Shown piece after piece: positions 10,503 to 21,178 of a stretch of DNA of 64,000 nucleotides. The DNA comes from Opitutales bacterium (GTDB taxonomy: Bacteria; Verrucomicrobiota; Verrucomicrobiia; Opitutales; UBA2987). A program made the position numbers and the translations under genes. The stretch is taken from assembly GCA_965226885.1 (NCBI GenBank), contig CBDDEL010000016.1, positions 128,001-192,000 of the forward strand. Reading direction: 5' to 3'. The notes under the pieces were generated by a model, which saw nothing but the letters and a program-made list of their open reading frames with translations, had not been told where the DNA came from and did not search any database. Position 1 is the first letter of the stretch. Each line of letters starts with the position of its first letter.

Positions 10503-11726
10503 TTAGGTCGCTTCCTTTTCCAGTTCAAAGGCGTCGTGGACCAGACGCAAACCCTCGTCGGCCCTCTCGGCATCGATGGCAACCGAAATTTTAATCTCCG
10601 AAGTGCTAATCAATTGTATGTTGATGCCCGCTTCGGCCAGGGCCGTAAAGAGCTTCGCGGCGACGCCGCAATGGGTGCGCATGCCCACCCCCACAACCGA
10701 TAATTTTGCAATCGGGTCAACCGCCACAACCTTGCCGCCGCCCATTTTTTCGAGAATGCTTCCGACCGCTTTTTCCGCCCGGTAGGCATCTTCCAGGGGA
10801 GCCGAAAAAGTTAGATTGGCGACGCCGCCATGCCCTATATTCTGGACGATCATATCGACATTTATTTGAGCATCGGCAAGCGTCTGGAAAACCTTGGCGG
10901 CAGTTCCCGGCTGGTCGTGCACCTGGCTAACGACAATCTTTACCTGATCTTTGTCCACGGCTGCGCCGCGCACTACAACTTCTTCCATGGAGGTTGCTTC
11001 TTTTTTCACAATAGTTCCCGGTTGGTTGTTAAAACTGGAGCATACTTCGAAATCGACATCATATTTTTTAGCGAATTCCACGGCCCGCGACTGCATGACT
11101 TTGGATCCCAAACTGGCCAGCTCAAGCATTTCATCATAACTTAATTGTGGAATCTTGCGGGCTTTGCCCACAACGCGCGGATCGGCCGTATAAACCCCAT
11201 CCACATCGGTGCAGATCTGGCAATTGTCCGCCTTGAGCGATGCAGCCAAAGCAATCGCGCTGAGATCGGAGCCGCCTCGGCCGAAAGTGGTAATTTGGTT
11301 ATCTTGGCTGACTCCCTGGAATCCGGCCACAATGACCACATTGCCTTGGGAAAGTTGTTTCCGAATATCACCCGTGTTCATTTTGACAATGCGCGCCCGG
11401 GTGTGGGCAAAATCGGTTTGGATACCGGCCTGGGCGCCGGTTCTGGAAACGGCGGGCACGCCAATGCTATGCAGAGCGATAGCCATGAGGGCAATGGTTT
11501 CCTGTTCGCCTACGGTGAGGAGCATGTCCATTTCGCGTTCATCCGGGTCCGGATGCAGGGCATGGGCATCGCTTATAAGACGATTGGTCACTCCTGAGCG
11601 CGCGGAAACCACCACCACCACCTCGTTGCCCGCATCCCGCGTCTTTTTTACGCGCTGGGCGACATTTCGGATTCGCTCCAGATCGGCCACCGAGGTGCCG
11701 CCATATTTTTGCACAATAAGCGCCAT
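10503..11726 (-). CDS. lysC: Aspartate kinase
   Basis: VQKYGGTSV, GRGGSD, TDVDGVYTADP, two ACT domains. Confidence 0.95.
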   Translation of the reverse strand: MALIVQKYGGTSVADLERIRNVAQRVKKTRDAGNEVVVVVSARSGVTNRLISDAHALHPDPDEREMDMLLTVGEQETIALMAIALHSIGVPAVSRTGAQAGIQTDFAHTRARIVKMNTGDIRKQLSQGNVVIVAGFQGVSQDNQITTFGRGGSDLSAIALAASLKADNCQICTDVDGVYTADPRVVGKARKIPQLSYDEMLELASLGSKVMQSRAVEFAKKYDVDFEVCSSFNNQPGTIVKKEATSMEEVVVRGAAVDKDQVKIVVSQVHDQPGTAAKVFQTLADAQINVDMIVQNIGHGGVANLTFSAPLEDAYRAEKAVGSILEKMGGGKVVAVDPIAKLSVVGVGMRTHCGVAAKLFTALAEAGINIQLISTSEIKISVAIDAERADEGLRLVHDAFELEKEAT

Positions 11727-11760
11727 TATATTAATATTCTATGGTTAATAATTGCCTTTA

Positions 11761-13089
11761 TTACTTGAAGTCCGCAATTCGCAACAGGAACGGCTCGCTG
11801 AGGACGCTTTTGAGTTTATGCAGGTTTTTACAGGTCTCCTGAATTATTTGTTCATTGCTGATATGCGTTGTGAGGATGAGGGTGGTTTTCTTGCCCGGCG
11901 TCGCTTTAGGTTGAATTACGCTGGCAATGCTGACCCCTTTCTTCGCCATGATGGCGGCCACCTCGGCCAGCACGGCGGGTTTGTCCACAACGCTCAACCG
12001 AATGTAAAATTGACCGGATATTTCCGATAAATCAGCCCATTCCACCGCGGAACCAGGTTCCGTTTCACCCGGCAATTCTTCTTCTGCCGGCGGCGTCGAA
12101 GGCCTTCCCAATAAAGAGGATACGGCATCCATGATATCGCTGATGACGGCGCTGGCGGTGGCGTCCTGCCCTGCCCCGCGACCGATATGGACGGTGGTTC
12201 CGACAATGTCTCCAGTCACGCTGATGCCGTTGTAAACATCGTCCACATGGGCCAGGATATTGTCCTTGGGGATCATGGTGGGATGAACTCGAATGAATAT
12301 TTTCCGGTTCTTTGCCTCTCTCGAAATGATGCCGAGAAGTTTAATCTTGTAGCCCAGATCGCGTGCCCACCGGAAATCTTCGAGAGTGATTCGTCGAATT
12401 CCCTCGACCGGAACTTGCTTTAGGTCCACCCATTTTCCGTGGGCCAGATAACCCAAGATAACGGCTTTATGGGCGGTGTCCCAGCCATCCAGATCAAGGG
12501 ATTCATCCGCTTCCACATAGCCCAGACGGCGAGCCTCTTTGATCGTCTCCTCGAAAGTCAGGCCTTCGCAATCCATACGCGTCAGGATATAGTTGCAGGT
12601 ACCGTTGAGGATGCCGTAAATGAGGTCGAAGCGGTTGGCCACCAAACCTTCCCGAATGACTTTAATGATTGGGATGCCCCCGGCCACGCTGGCCTCGAAA
12701 TAAAAATGACCTCCGCCCTTGCGTGCGGCTTGGAAAAGCTTTTCTCCATTCAGGCAAAGCAAAGCCTTGTTGGCTGAAACCACCATCTTTCCGCAGCGAA
12801 GGGCGGCCAGGGTCGCTTCTTTGGCCAAAGTGTTACCACCCATCAATTCGCAAACAATATCCACCTTGGGATCGGTTGCCACCGACATGGGATCATTACA
12901 CAATTTTGAAGCCGGGATGCGCACAGGGCGTTTTTCTGCGGTATCCCGGACAGCCGCTCGGTGCAGAACAAGGCTGGCGCCCAACCGCCGCTCAAGTTCG
13001 GCCCGATTGTGGTGGATGTGCTTCCAGACGCCCTGACCTACAATGCCGAGTCCTATAAAGCCGATATGAATTTTCCGTCGTTTTGACAT
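11761..13089 (-). CDS. hom: Homoserine dehydrogenase
   Basis: GLGIVG, ANKAL, FEASVAGGIP, GILNGTCNYIL, C-terminal ACT. Confidence 0.95.
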   Translation of the reverse strand: MSKRRKIHIGFIGLGIVGQGVWKHIHHNRAELERRLGASLVLHRAAVRDTAEKRPVRIPASKLCNDPMSVATDPKVDIVCELMGGNTLAKEATLAALRCGKMVVSANKALLCLNGEKLFQAARKGGGHFYFEASVAGGIPIIKVIREGLVANRFDLIYGILNGTCNYILTRMDCEGLTFEETIKEARRLGYVEADESLDLDGWDTAHKAVILGYLAHGKWVDLKQVPVEGIRRITLEDFRWARDLGYKIKLLGIISREAKNRKIFIRVHPTMIPKDNILAHVDDVYNGISVTGDIVGTTVHIGRGAGQDATASAVISDIMDAVSSLLGRPSTPPAEEELPGETEPGSAVEWADLSEISGQFYIRLSVVDKPAVLAEVAAIMAKKGVSIASVIQPKATPGKKTTLILTTHISNEQIIQETCKNLHKLKSVLSEPFLLRIADFK

Positions 13090-13131
13090 TTCGCTAGGGA
13101 TTAAGGGAAAAAAGCGAGCCCAAGCAAGCGC

Positions 13132-13746
13132 TTAACTCTGTTTTTTGCGCTCGGACCGGTTTTCTGTGCCGGCCAGCAGCCTACCGATATTAGAGCGATG
13201 GCGAATTAAAATAAGTGCGGCCAAAAAAATAGACATAAGAATTCCTTCCATCGACTGATCCAACGCCCAACTGCTCAAAGGTAAACTGAGACCCAGCGCC
13301 ATGGAGGCCAGTGAAACATAGCGGGAGGCGAAAAATACGGCTAACCAAACGAGCAGCCCGATGAGCAAAACCCAAGGCATCAAGGTAAGAAGACCGCCAA
13401 CCGTAACAGCCACTCCCTTACCCCCGCGAAATTTGATAAAAATGGAAAAGCTATGTCCCAAAATCGCGGCCAGGAGACCGATTATGCCCAAAACCAAAGA
13501 AATGGAGGCGTCCGCAAACACCAGTTGAGGCCAACCCGCGGCCACTGTCCCTTTGAGGGCATCAAGCAGAAAACAGAAATTGCCGGCTCCTTTGCCGACG
13601 GCCCGCTTGACATTGGTGGCTCCGGGATTGCCACTGCCCACCTTGAGGATATCGACCCCTTTGACCCGTCCGATGATGACGGCAAAAGGAACCGATCCCA
13701 AAAGGTAGCCCGCTACCGCAATTGCCAAAATATTTATAAAAGTCAT
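13132..13746 (-). CDS. plsY: Glycerol-3-phosphate acyltransferase
   Basis: GSGNPGATN, FRGGKGVA, RHRSNI. Confidence 0.95.
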   Translation of the reverse strand: MTFINILAIAVAGYLLGSVPFAVIIGRVKGVDILKVGSGNPGATNVKRAVGKGAGNFCFLLDALKGTVAAGWPQLVFADASISLVLGIIGLLAAILGHSFSIFIKFRGGKGVAVTVGGLLTLMPWVLLIGLLVWLAVFFASRYVSLASMALGLSLPLSSWALDQSMEGILMSIFLAALILIRHRSNIGRLLAGTENRSERKKQS

Positions 13747-13910
13747 TTGATATCTACAATGGATTCATTTGTCATGGACCCGGATGGATTTAAGAGAAGG
13801 TGAATAAATTTGCCCTCTTTGGCAAAACTCGCAATCCATTTGTGACGCGCTCAATCGAATTGGGGTAATCGCATATTGTTTGAATCGGGTTTTCAGCAGG
13901 GGAAATTATA

Positions 13911-15346
13911 TTGGAGACAATATATTGGAGACAAAAAAGGAAATTCCAAATCCTTTAAAGTCTGCCGCGGCAGAGAGTTATCGCCTTGGATTGGAGTCAT
14001 ATAAAAATGGGCACCTCAATGTGGCATTTACCCATTTCTCCACCGCGGTTGGGTAGTGTATAAAAAAAGAATGTTATTTTGTATTTTTAGCTGTACAAAT
14101 AGCGTTAGGCAGTTTATTCTTAGTGCATGGTTACTAAAATTATTAATTGTCGGCACTGTGGAAGTGAAAATATCATTAAATTTGGCAAGACGCCCAACCA
14201 TAAACAGCGCTACCGCTGCCATGATTGTGGTAAACAAAGCCGCGAAAACCCCACAGTGAAATACACCGAAGAGCAAAAAGAAATGATCCTTCGAGTCTAT
14301 CAGGAACGCAGCAGTCTACGCGGTTTACAGCGCGCCTTCGGGGTGAGTCCCAACACCGTTTTGAGTTGGTTAAAAAAAACGACAATCGCTGCGACCGCTC
14401 AAAAGCACGATTCTTGCGGCCCGCCGCCATGATGTCATTGAACTGGACGAACTGTGGTCTTTTGTGGGGCGCAAGAGCGATGCCCAATGGGTTTGGATCG
14501 CTCTTTGCCGACGCACCCGTCAAATCCTCTCCTATGCCATTGGGCCTCGGGATTGGTATCGTTGCCGGGAACTTTACGAGCGTCTGCCACGGGCCTACAA
14601 AAGATGTGCCACCTACAGCGACTTTTGGAGCACTTATGATGAAGTCTTTCCTCATAACCGATCCGTGGGAAAAGAAACCGGTGAAACGGCCCATGTGGAA
14701 CGATGGAACAATACCCTGCGCCAACGACTGGGTCGTTTCACACGCAAAACCCTCTCCTTTTCCAAGCTTAAGAGTATGCATGAAACCTGTCTGAGACTTT
14801 TCATTCATCAATATAATCAAGAATTAGCCACCATTCCTACTTAATACACTACCCGCGGTTGAATTAAACCCCAACTTGGCGGACGCCCTCTACCACATCG
14901 GTCTTATCTATACAGAGATGGATGATTTCGATTTATCCGAAAGATTTTACAATATGGCCCTGGGGGCCGACCCCAACCATATCAGGGCGAAAAGAAAACT
15001 TGGCCTGGAAAAAGATAAATCCGCCAGCGCCCCGATAAAAATTACGGATACAGACTTTTATTATCATTATTATCATTTATTGAAAGAAGGCACGCCGGAA
15101 GCGGCTAAAATTCTCGAGAGCCTGAAGAAAATGGATTTTGATCTAGATCTAAAACCTCGTTCTCAAACCCTGGAACAGATCCTGCGGTTCATCGTAGCCT
15201 TCCTGAAACTTCTCGTGCCGGCCGCCCTGGCCGGATTTTTTGTCGGCATGGGTCTGAGCGCGATGGGGTTTGGGTCGTTTTTGACGATAGCCTTTTTATC
15301 CGGGGCGATTATTTTTTTGGTTCAGGTCATCGAAAAATACCGTTAA
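13911..15346 (+). pseudogene. TPR-containing membrane protein, interrupted by IS1 and a 14-bp duplication at the start
   Basis: Excising the IS1 gives ...AESYRLGLESYKNGHLNVAFTHFSTAVELNPNLADALYHIGLIY... with two C-terminal hydrophobic helices. Confidence 0.75.
14052..14853 (+). mobile_element. IS1-family element type A, copy 1 (802 bp)
   Basis: IRs GGTAGTGTAT/ATACACTACC; 8-bp TSD CGCGGTTG; zinc-finger InsA from 14127, A8C slippery site 14372-14380, InsB (ELDELW) to 14844. Confidence 0.95.
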
Positions 15347-15363
15347 ACGGTAACGGTATTTTT
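15333..15363. terminator. Bidirectional intrinsic terminator
   Basis: 13-bp perfect stem AAAAATACCGTTA/TAACGGTATTTTT between convergent genes. Confidence 0.6.
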
Positions 15364-15392
15364 ATTTGGCTGTCGGCTCATTCGCTAAAATA

Positions 15393-17209
15393 GAGGCTGT
15401 CCCAAAAATATAAAGATTTTATAGTCAACTGGATGACGTTGATAAAAAGAGCCGGAAAGAGCAAGTTTTTGCTCGATCCGGCCAAAAAAGGGTTCTATAA
15501 TTGAGTTAGCGAAAATCAATATAGCCCTTTCTATGAAAAATATAGCCATCCAATGCCTCCTGCGTCCAGCTTTAACTGTGGTCGACCGGTGCCTCGATTA
15601 CGATAACTTCCGCGCCACCATTGATCGAATCGATCGGCTGCTGATCGACTCGGAGGTGGAATCGCAGGCCATTGAGCTGGCCTTGGAGGGGTGGCCGCCA
15701 ATGGGTCTAAAGGCCCGGCGGCAGCGGGCCAGTTTTGCCATCAAGGCACTGCGCATGGATACGCTGGGCCGTCTGCTCGGAGGGATTTCGTTTCGGCATT
15801 TGTCGCGGGCTCTGGGCAGCAGCGATCTGTTGGCCGACTTTTGCCGTGTCCGGCAGATCGATGGCATCAGGGGCATCTCCAAAAGCACCCTGGAGCGGGC
15901 CTCGAAGTTTTTCAGCGAAGAGCAGTTGAGGGCCTTGCACCGGACCTTGACTGAGGTGGTGGGCGATGCCCTTCTGGCCCGGCAGGTGGGATTGGACAAG
16001 CCGATTGACACCACCATTTGCCTGATCGACGGCACCTGTTTGGAGGCTAACATTCATTGGCCGACGGACTGGGTATTACTCAAGGATGTAGCCGGCACGT
16101 TGCTCAAAGCGATCCGGCTGATCCGCGAGAAGGCCGGTGTGCGCCATCGCATGCCGATCGAACCGGAGCCCTTGGCTCGGCAGATGAATCGGCTGTGCAT
16201 ACAGATGACCCACAGCCGGCGGCGAAAGGACAGCGCGCGGCAGCGCAAGGGTATCTTGAGGCAGATGAAAAAGCTGCTCAAACGGATCGGGGAGCATGCC
16301 CGCAGTCACCGGGAATTATTGCAAGCCTGCTGGGAGCAAAGCGATTACAGCGAAAAACAGGTCCAACAGATCCTCGCCCGGATGGAGCGCATGAGCGAGC
16401 AAATCCCGGTGGTCATCAAACAGGCGCACGAGCGGATCATTGGCGGCCGCCAGGTGAAAAACGCAGAGAAAGTCTTGAGTGTTTACGAACTCGATGTGCA
16501 GGTGATTGTGCGAGGTAAAGCGGGCCAAGAGGTCGAGTTCGGCAACACCCTGTTTTTGGGAGAAAGCGTTGAAGGGTACCTGCTGGACTGGAAACTCTAC
16601 GGCAGCCGAACTCCAAGCGAAAATGAACAAATGCAAGAGAGTTTGCAAAGACAGAACCGCTTCAACCTGGAAGAACCCATAGCGGCCATGTGCGCGGACC
16701 GGGGATTTGCCTCCCAGCGGGCCCGCCGGCAGTTAGCCCAGGAGGGAATCTACGACGCGCTCTGTCCACGCGATCCGAAGCAGTTGAAAAAACGGATGGA
16801 GGAACCACTGTTCAGGCAATTGCAAAAGCGCCGGGCCAGCACCGAAGGGCGGATCGGGGTATTGAAGAATCGCTGGCAGGCCGGGCGGTTGCGCAGCAAA
16901 GGCTTTGCCAACCGCTCGATCAGCGTAGCCTGGTCGGTACTCTCGCACAACCTATGGAAAGTAGCCAAGATGCTGGCCCAGCAAGACGAACTAAAAACCA
17001 AAGCGGCGGCCTAGAGAGCGGAAAAGCAAGGACAATACTTTTTCACAGCCGTACTGTCGGCTCATACAAAGAAAACCAGGCAACCGGACCCCAAAACCAG
17101 TATCCTAACGTCATAGAAGAGCAAAGTTGATACTCTCCCAAATGCAAATACCTCTAAAATGAGCGCCTATCAAAAGCCCTCGCAAAAATCACCCTTTTGG
17201 GACAGCCTC
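15393..17209 (+). mobile_element. IS5/ISNCY-like element, copy 1 (1817 bp); transposase 15533-17014
   Basis: IRs GAGGCTGTCCCAAAA; 7-bp TSD TAAAATA; DDE motifs DGT..EANI..PTD, GKA...EFG, ADRGF, R...EGRI. Family assignment tentative. Confidence 0.92.
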
Positions 17210-18545
17210 TAAAATAGTTGTCAAAATCGATCTTCTCGGAACTGAGGACCAGTTCCCGCCAAGTATCCATCTGGTATGCGGGTGATGTGTATAAATCGAA
17301 GAACGATGCTAATTGTTCGTCGTAATGAAAATCTCCACTGCCCGACATTTCAATACTGTTTCCGATCAATGATCCGAATGCTTCCATGCTTCCTCCCAGA
17401 TCGATAGTTGAATTAGGTGCATAGATAGACGCATAGAGCGATGCATTACCGGTTAGCTTTATTTCGGATGAAGTATCCGTTGAGGTGCTGTAAATTACAA
17501 AACTGGATGGGGCCTGGGTCGAATTGATGATTCCCCCTCCGCCAAAACTGGCGTTTCCATTGACGAATATGGCGGCAGAGCCAGCAGAACTTATCTGGAT
17601 TTCTGAACTGCCCGTTGTTTGAATATCGTTATCAACCTTCAAAACAACCGGCCCTTCGATCAAAAGTATATCGTTGCTCCCCAATGAAAGGCTGCTGAGG
17701 TGGTATTCTTCAGGAGACGACGCCGTGCCGCTCGTCCCGATTGTAATGGTGTTTCCCACCGCTGCCGGTAGAGAGGTGGCGGGAGAAGACATGGCGGGTG
17801 GGTCGATGTCGGGAAAATCCGCATTGAAATCCGAGGTTACCCGATCGGGGTCAATGAGAATTTCCGGGGGGGTGTCCACGCCATAAACCTTGGACCCTGT
17901 GCCAAAAGTTGCAGTGCCTCCGCCTGTGCCGACATACCCGTAACTCTCCGCATTCTTGACATCTATAGCCCCATCAGCAGTAGAGGGACTTGCCACTGAC
18001 ATATTATCCGTGCGGTTTAAAAATGCATCGTAGGGGCCCTTGGAGGAATCATAGCTGTCCAGTTTTACTCCGCTGGCAAGTAGCAAGGAATTTTTGGAGA
18101 CCATCCCGTTGGCGAAAAGAGAACGGCGGGTCAATTCGAGTTTCAACTGTTTAGAGGACTCGTCTCCCGCCGGAGTATTGACACGACCTTCAATATACAC
18201 CGTTGGGCTGGTTGTATAATTTTCAACGACTGTTGAGTATATTCCGGTCTTGTTGGAACCAAGGTCGAAAGTGGATGACCTTTTAACCGCATAAATGCCG
18301 GAAACTGCCCAACCCGTCCAATCGTCCGCATTCAAGGCCCAAAAAGCGTCATCGGCGCCGGCTTCGGCAAGATTCAAGGCGGAATTGGAAAGCAGGCCAT
18401 AGGTGGACATTTTATAGCCTGTGTAGGCCAACCTTAAAAAACTCGCCACCATGAGGCCCATCGCGGTGGCAAAAAATAAGGCTACAATAATGGACGCGCC
18501 AATTTCAGGTCGCCGATCCAATCTGGATATGGATCTTCTAAGCAT
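17154..18545 (-). CDS. PilX-like large minor pilin/adhesin; last 18 aa IS-derived
   Basis: N-terminal GAS + hydrophobic helix, ALNLAEAG motif, Ser/Thr/Gly-rich beta domain with IYAP; downstream of two prepilins. Confidence 0.7.
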   Translation of the reverse strand: MLRRSISRLDRRPEIGASIIVALFFATAMGLMVASFLRLAYTGYKMSTYGLLSNSALNLAEAGADDAFWALNADDWTGWAVSGIYAVKRSSTFDLGSNKTGIYSTVVENYTTSPTVYIEGRVNTPAGDESSKQLKLELTRRSLFANGMVSKNSLLLASGVKLDSYDSSKGPYDAFLNRTDNMSVASPSTADGAIDVKNAESYGYVGTGGGTATFGTGSKVYGVDTPPEILIDPDRVTSDFNADFPDIDPPAMSSPATSLPAAVGNTITIGTSGTASSPEEYHLSSLSLGSNDILLIEGPVVLKVDNDIQTTGSSEIQISSAGSAAIFVNGNASFGGGGIINSTQAPSSFVIYSTSTDTSSEIKLTGNASLYASIYAPNSTIDLGGSMEAFGSLIGNSIEMSGSGDFHYDEQLASFFDLYTSPAYQMDTWRELVLSSEKIDFDNYFRGCPKRVIFARAFDRRSF

Positions 18546-18562
18546 TATCCCATTTTGTGGGG

Positions 18563-19120
18563 TCAGGTGCTGACTTTTCGGTTGCGCAGCATGAATTTCG
18601 CAGATACTATATTTGTCGTATTTTTGACTTCAAAGACCATTTTTTCCAGCAAAGCTTCAAGCTTAATTTTTTTTACTTCCACCGGATTAGTCGTTGTGTT
18701 TCCCAGAAGATTATAATAACTAAAACTCAGAGATTCTATGTTTCCAATAACCGTCAAGGTCCAGGAACCCTCGACTCGATTCAGGCTATTGCTGCTGGAA
18801 TCATAAATATACTCCACGGTGCGGGTTCCCGATTCGCCCTGCACCTGCAACGTCATCTGAGTCGAAGATGCCGTTGTAACGTCGACCGCCATGCGCATGT
18901 CGCGGCCGAAGCGTTCCAAGCCGATTTGGCTTTGGGTATTCATTTCCATATACTGGCTCATTCCCAGGGAACTTTTAAAAATGAACATGTAGCTCGAAGT
19001 GATCCCCGACATGAATACACTAGAAATTGACATGGCGATGAGGACCTCAGAAAGGGTGAAACCTCTTTTCCGGGGGCGGGGGTTTTGCTGAGTTTCAGTA
19101 TGAGCGGCTGTAGAAGTCAT
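18563..19120 (-). CDS. Prepilin-type (PilW-like) protein
   Basis: RKRG|FTLSEVLIAM class III signal peptide. Confidence 0.8.
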   Translation of the reverse strand: MTSTAAHTETQQNPRPRKRGFTLSEVLIAMSISSVFMSGITSSYMFIFKSSLGMSQYMEMNTQSQIGLERFGRDMRMAVDVTTASSTQMTLQVQGESGTRTVEYIYDSSSNSLNRVEGSWTLTVIGNIESLSFSYYNLLGNTTTNPVEVKKIKLEALLEKMVFEVKNTTNIVSAKFMLRNRKVST

Positions 19121-19568
19121 TGAGGCCCTCCTTGGTGAAGTAGGTAATATATTTAGTGGTGAAATCCATACCGCGTGAATTGGTCCAGGAAACGGTCAGA
19201 ACAACCTCCAGTTGATTCGCTTTGGGCACGCTAATGACTCGCTGGCAAGTAAATCCGCTGATTTCCTCGAAAAAGCCACCAGAACTATCCAAAGCTTCAA
19301 TGGCGGACCAATTCATGGTTCTCAGGCTTTCCATCTCATCTTGAAGAACTTGAGATACCCGAGTATTACTGCGAGTGCTTTCGAGCAGATAAAACCCCTG
19401 TTGCATCGCCGTATAAGTGCTTGCCAGAATGATCCCCAAAATCATCATCCCAACCATAAGCTCGAGCAGTGTGTATCCAGCCTGGTCAACCGTTACTGAA
19501 CGGTTTTTTGAGAGACTTCCGGTCTCGGGATTGTTTTTTGTTCTTTTCACTCGGGGGTATTCAACCAA
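19095..19568 (-). CDS. Prepilin-type (PilV-like) protein
   Basis: AG|YTLLELMVGMMILG class III signal peptide. Confidence 0.78.
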   Translation of the reverse strand: MVEYPRVKRTKNNPETGSLSKNRSVTVDQAGYTLLELMVGMMILGIILASTYTAMQQGFYLLESTRSNTRVSQVLQDEMESLRTMNWSAIEALDSSGGFFEEISGFTCQRVISVPKANQLEVVLTVSWTNSRGMDFTTKYITYFTKEGLNDFYSRSY

Positions 19569-19801
19569 TTGTTTTAAATTACATTATTAGTTAATTCGCC
19601 AATTACAGTTAATTTCAAGCTATAAATCATTGATTATCATAGTTTAACAATTTTTTGATGCTTTCTTGATATTAATTTTACAAACATGCGCCAAAATCGC
19701 TCTGGATGCCGTCGGATTGGGCATTTCCATGAATTTGAAAAATGATCCCTGCCTTCCGCGAGAGGCCGCCCCAGGGATTCGACAATCGGCGCAATGATGC
19801 C

Positions 19802-21136
19802 TTAAAAACCTCGCGGTTTCAATAGATAAGCGCCGCCGCCGTCGTGGCCATCATTCCAGGGATTATAGACGCTTCCGGCTATCAGCCGCCAACGGCCCTT
19901 TTCCCGCTCTATGAATTTATCTACCACTGCCTGGTTTTCCTCTTCTTCCAAACTGCACGTGCTGTAAACGAGACGGCCTTGCGGGGATACAAAACGAGCG
20001 GCTTTCTGGAGCAGTTTCAGCTGCAATTCCGCCGCCTGCCCTATATCCACGGGTTGCAGGCGCCAACGGGCATCCGGGCGGCGCCGGATGACGCCCGTGT
20101 TCGAGCAAGGCGCGTCCAGGAGAATGCCGTCATAAAGGTCGGGCAGCCCTCTGAGTGCAAGGTCATGCGGAACGGTTTCCAGCAAGTCGGCATCAACTAT
20201 TTCCCAAAGCGTTTTTTCAAACCGGGAAAGATTTTCCCGCAATCGGCCGATCCTCGGGCCCGGTCGATCGAGGGCTGCCAAAAAGCCGCCGCCGCTTTTC
20301 AAGCGGCCCGCCATGAGGGAGCTTTTTCCGCCGGGGGCGGCGCAGAGATCGAGAATTTTTTCACCCGGGCGGACATCCAGCAAGTCAACCGGGCGGGCGC
20401 TTGCCGGGTCCATCACAATGGCCCCGGAATCTTTGGCCATAGCCCCAATATCGCTCCCCTTCCCTTTCGCCACTTCATAAAAGCCATTCCATTTTGTCGC
20501 TTTCAATTCAGGAAAAGCATCCAAACCATGCCGACCGGAAAAATAAGCGTAAATGGGCGGCGGAATTTGATTCCAATTCAGGAGTCGCTCCGTCGCGTCC
20601 CGGCCGTAAGTCTGCCGCCATTTTTGCACCAACCACTCGGGATGACTGTAGAGGATGGCCAGCTGAGCCCAACAATCGTATTTCCCCAGCAAACTACCAG
20701 GATCTTTCAATAGCGGCGCAGCCTTGCGCAAGACCGCGTTGGCCAGCCCCGCCTCGGCCGAACTGAGAACGCTTTTGGCACGTTCAACGGCATGGTTAAT
20801 AATCCTGGCGGCTCTTTCCTCCTCACTATTAAGAAGTTCTGCCGCGGCCACAAATAGGATTGACTTCAATCGGGCTCTCGGTTGTCTTTTCAGGAAAACC
20901 GAAAGCACGAATTCGATTCGCGATAAATTGCGTATGACACCTAGAAACAGGAATTGGCATCGCCGTCTGTGGGACGTCGGCAGAAGCCGGGGCAACATCC
21001 CCAGGAAGGAATCCGCCTTGCCCGGGCGCTTGATATAGGCTTCGCACAATTGCGCGGCCAAAATCCAGCTATCCTTCTTTTTTTCCGACATGCCGATAAT
21101 TCCCGAGGCAGGGAATTTGTTGACCTGGAAGGGCAA
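19802..21136 (-). CDS. rsmB: RsmB/NOP RNA m5C methyltransferase with NusB-like N-terminus
   Basis: NAVLR, YSHPEW, DLCAAPGGK, LDAPCSNTG, YSTCS; true start probably 21091. Confidence 0.88.
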   Translation of the reverse strand: MPFQVNKFPASGIIGMSEKKKDSWILAAQLCEAYIKRPGKADSFLGMLPRLLPTSHRRRCQFLFLGVIRNLSRIEFVLSVFLKRQPRARLKSILFVAAAELLNSEEERAARIINHAVERAKSVLSSAEAGLANAVLRKAAPLLKDPGSLLGKYDCWAQLAILYSHPEWLVQKWRQTYGRDATERLLNWNQIPPPIYAYFSGRHGLDAFPELKATKWNGFYEVAKGKGSDIGAMAKDSGAIVMDPASARPVDLLDVRPGEKILDLCAAPGGKSSLMAGRLKSGGGFLAALDRPGPRIGRLRENLSRFEKTLWEIVDADLLETVPHDLALRGLPDLYDGILLDAPCSNTGVIRRRPDARWRLQPVDIGQAAELQLKLLQKAARFVSPQGRLVYSTCSLEEEENQAVVDKFIEREKGRWRLIAGSVYNPWNDGHDGGGAYLLKPRGF

Positions 21137-21178
21137 ATACCATCATTAATTAAATTATTTTTCTGGAATTAGAACGGC

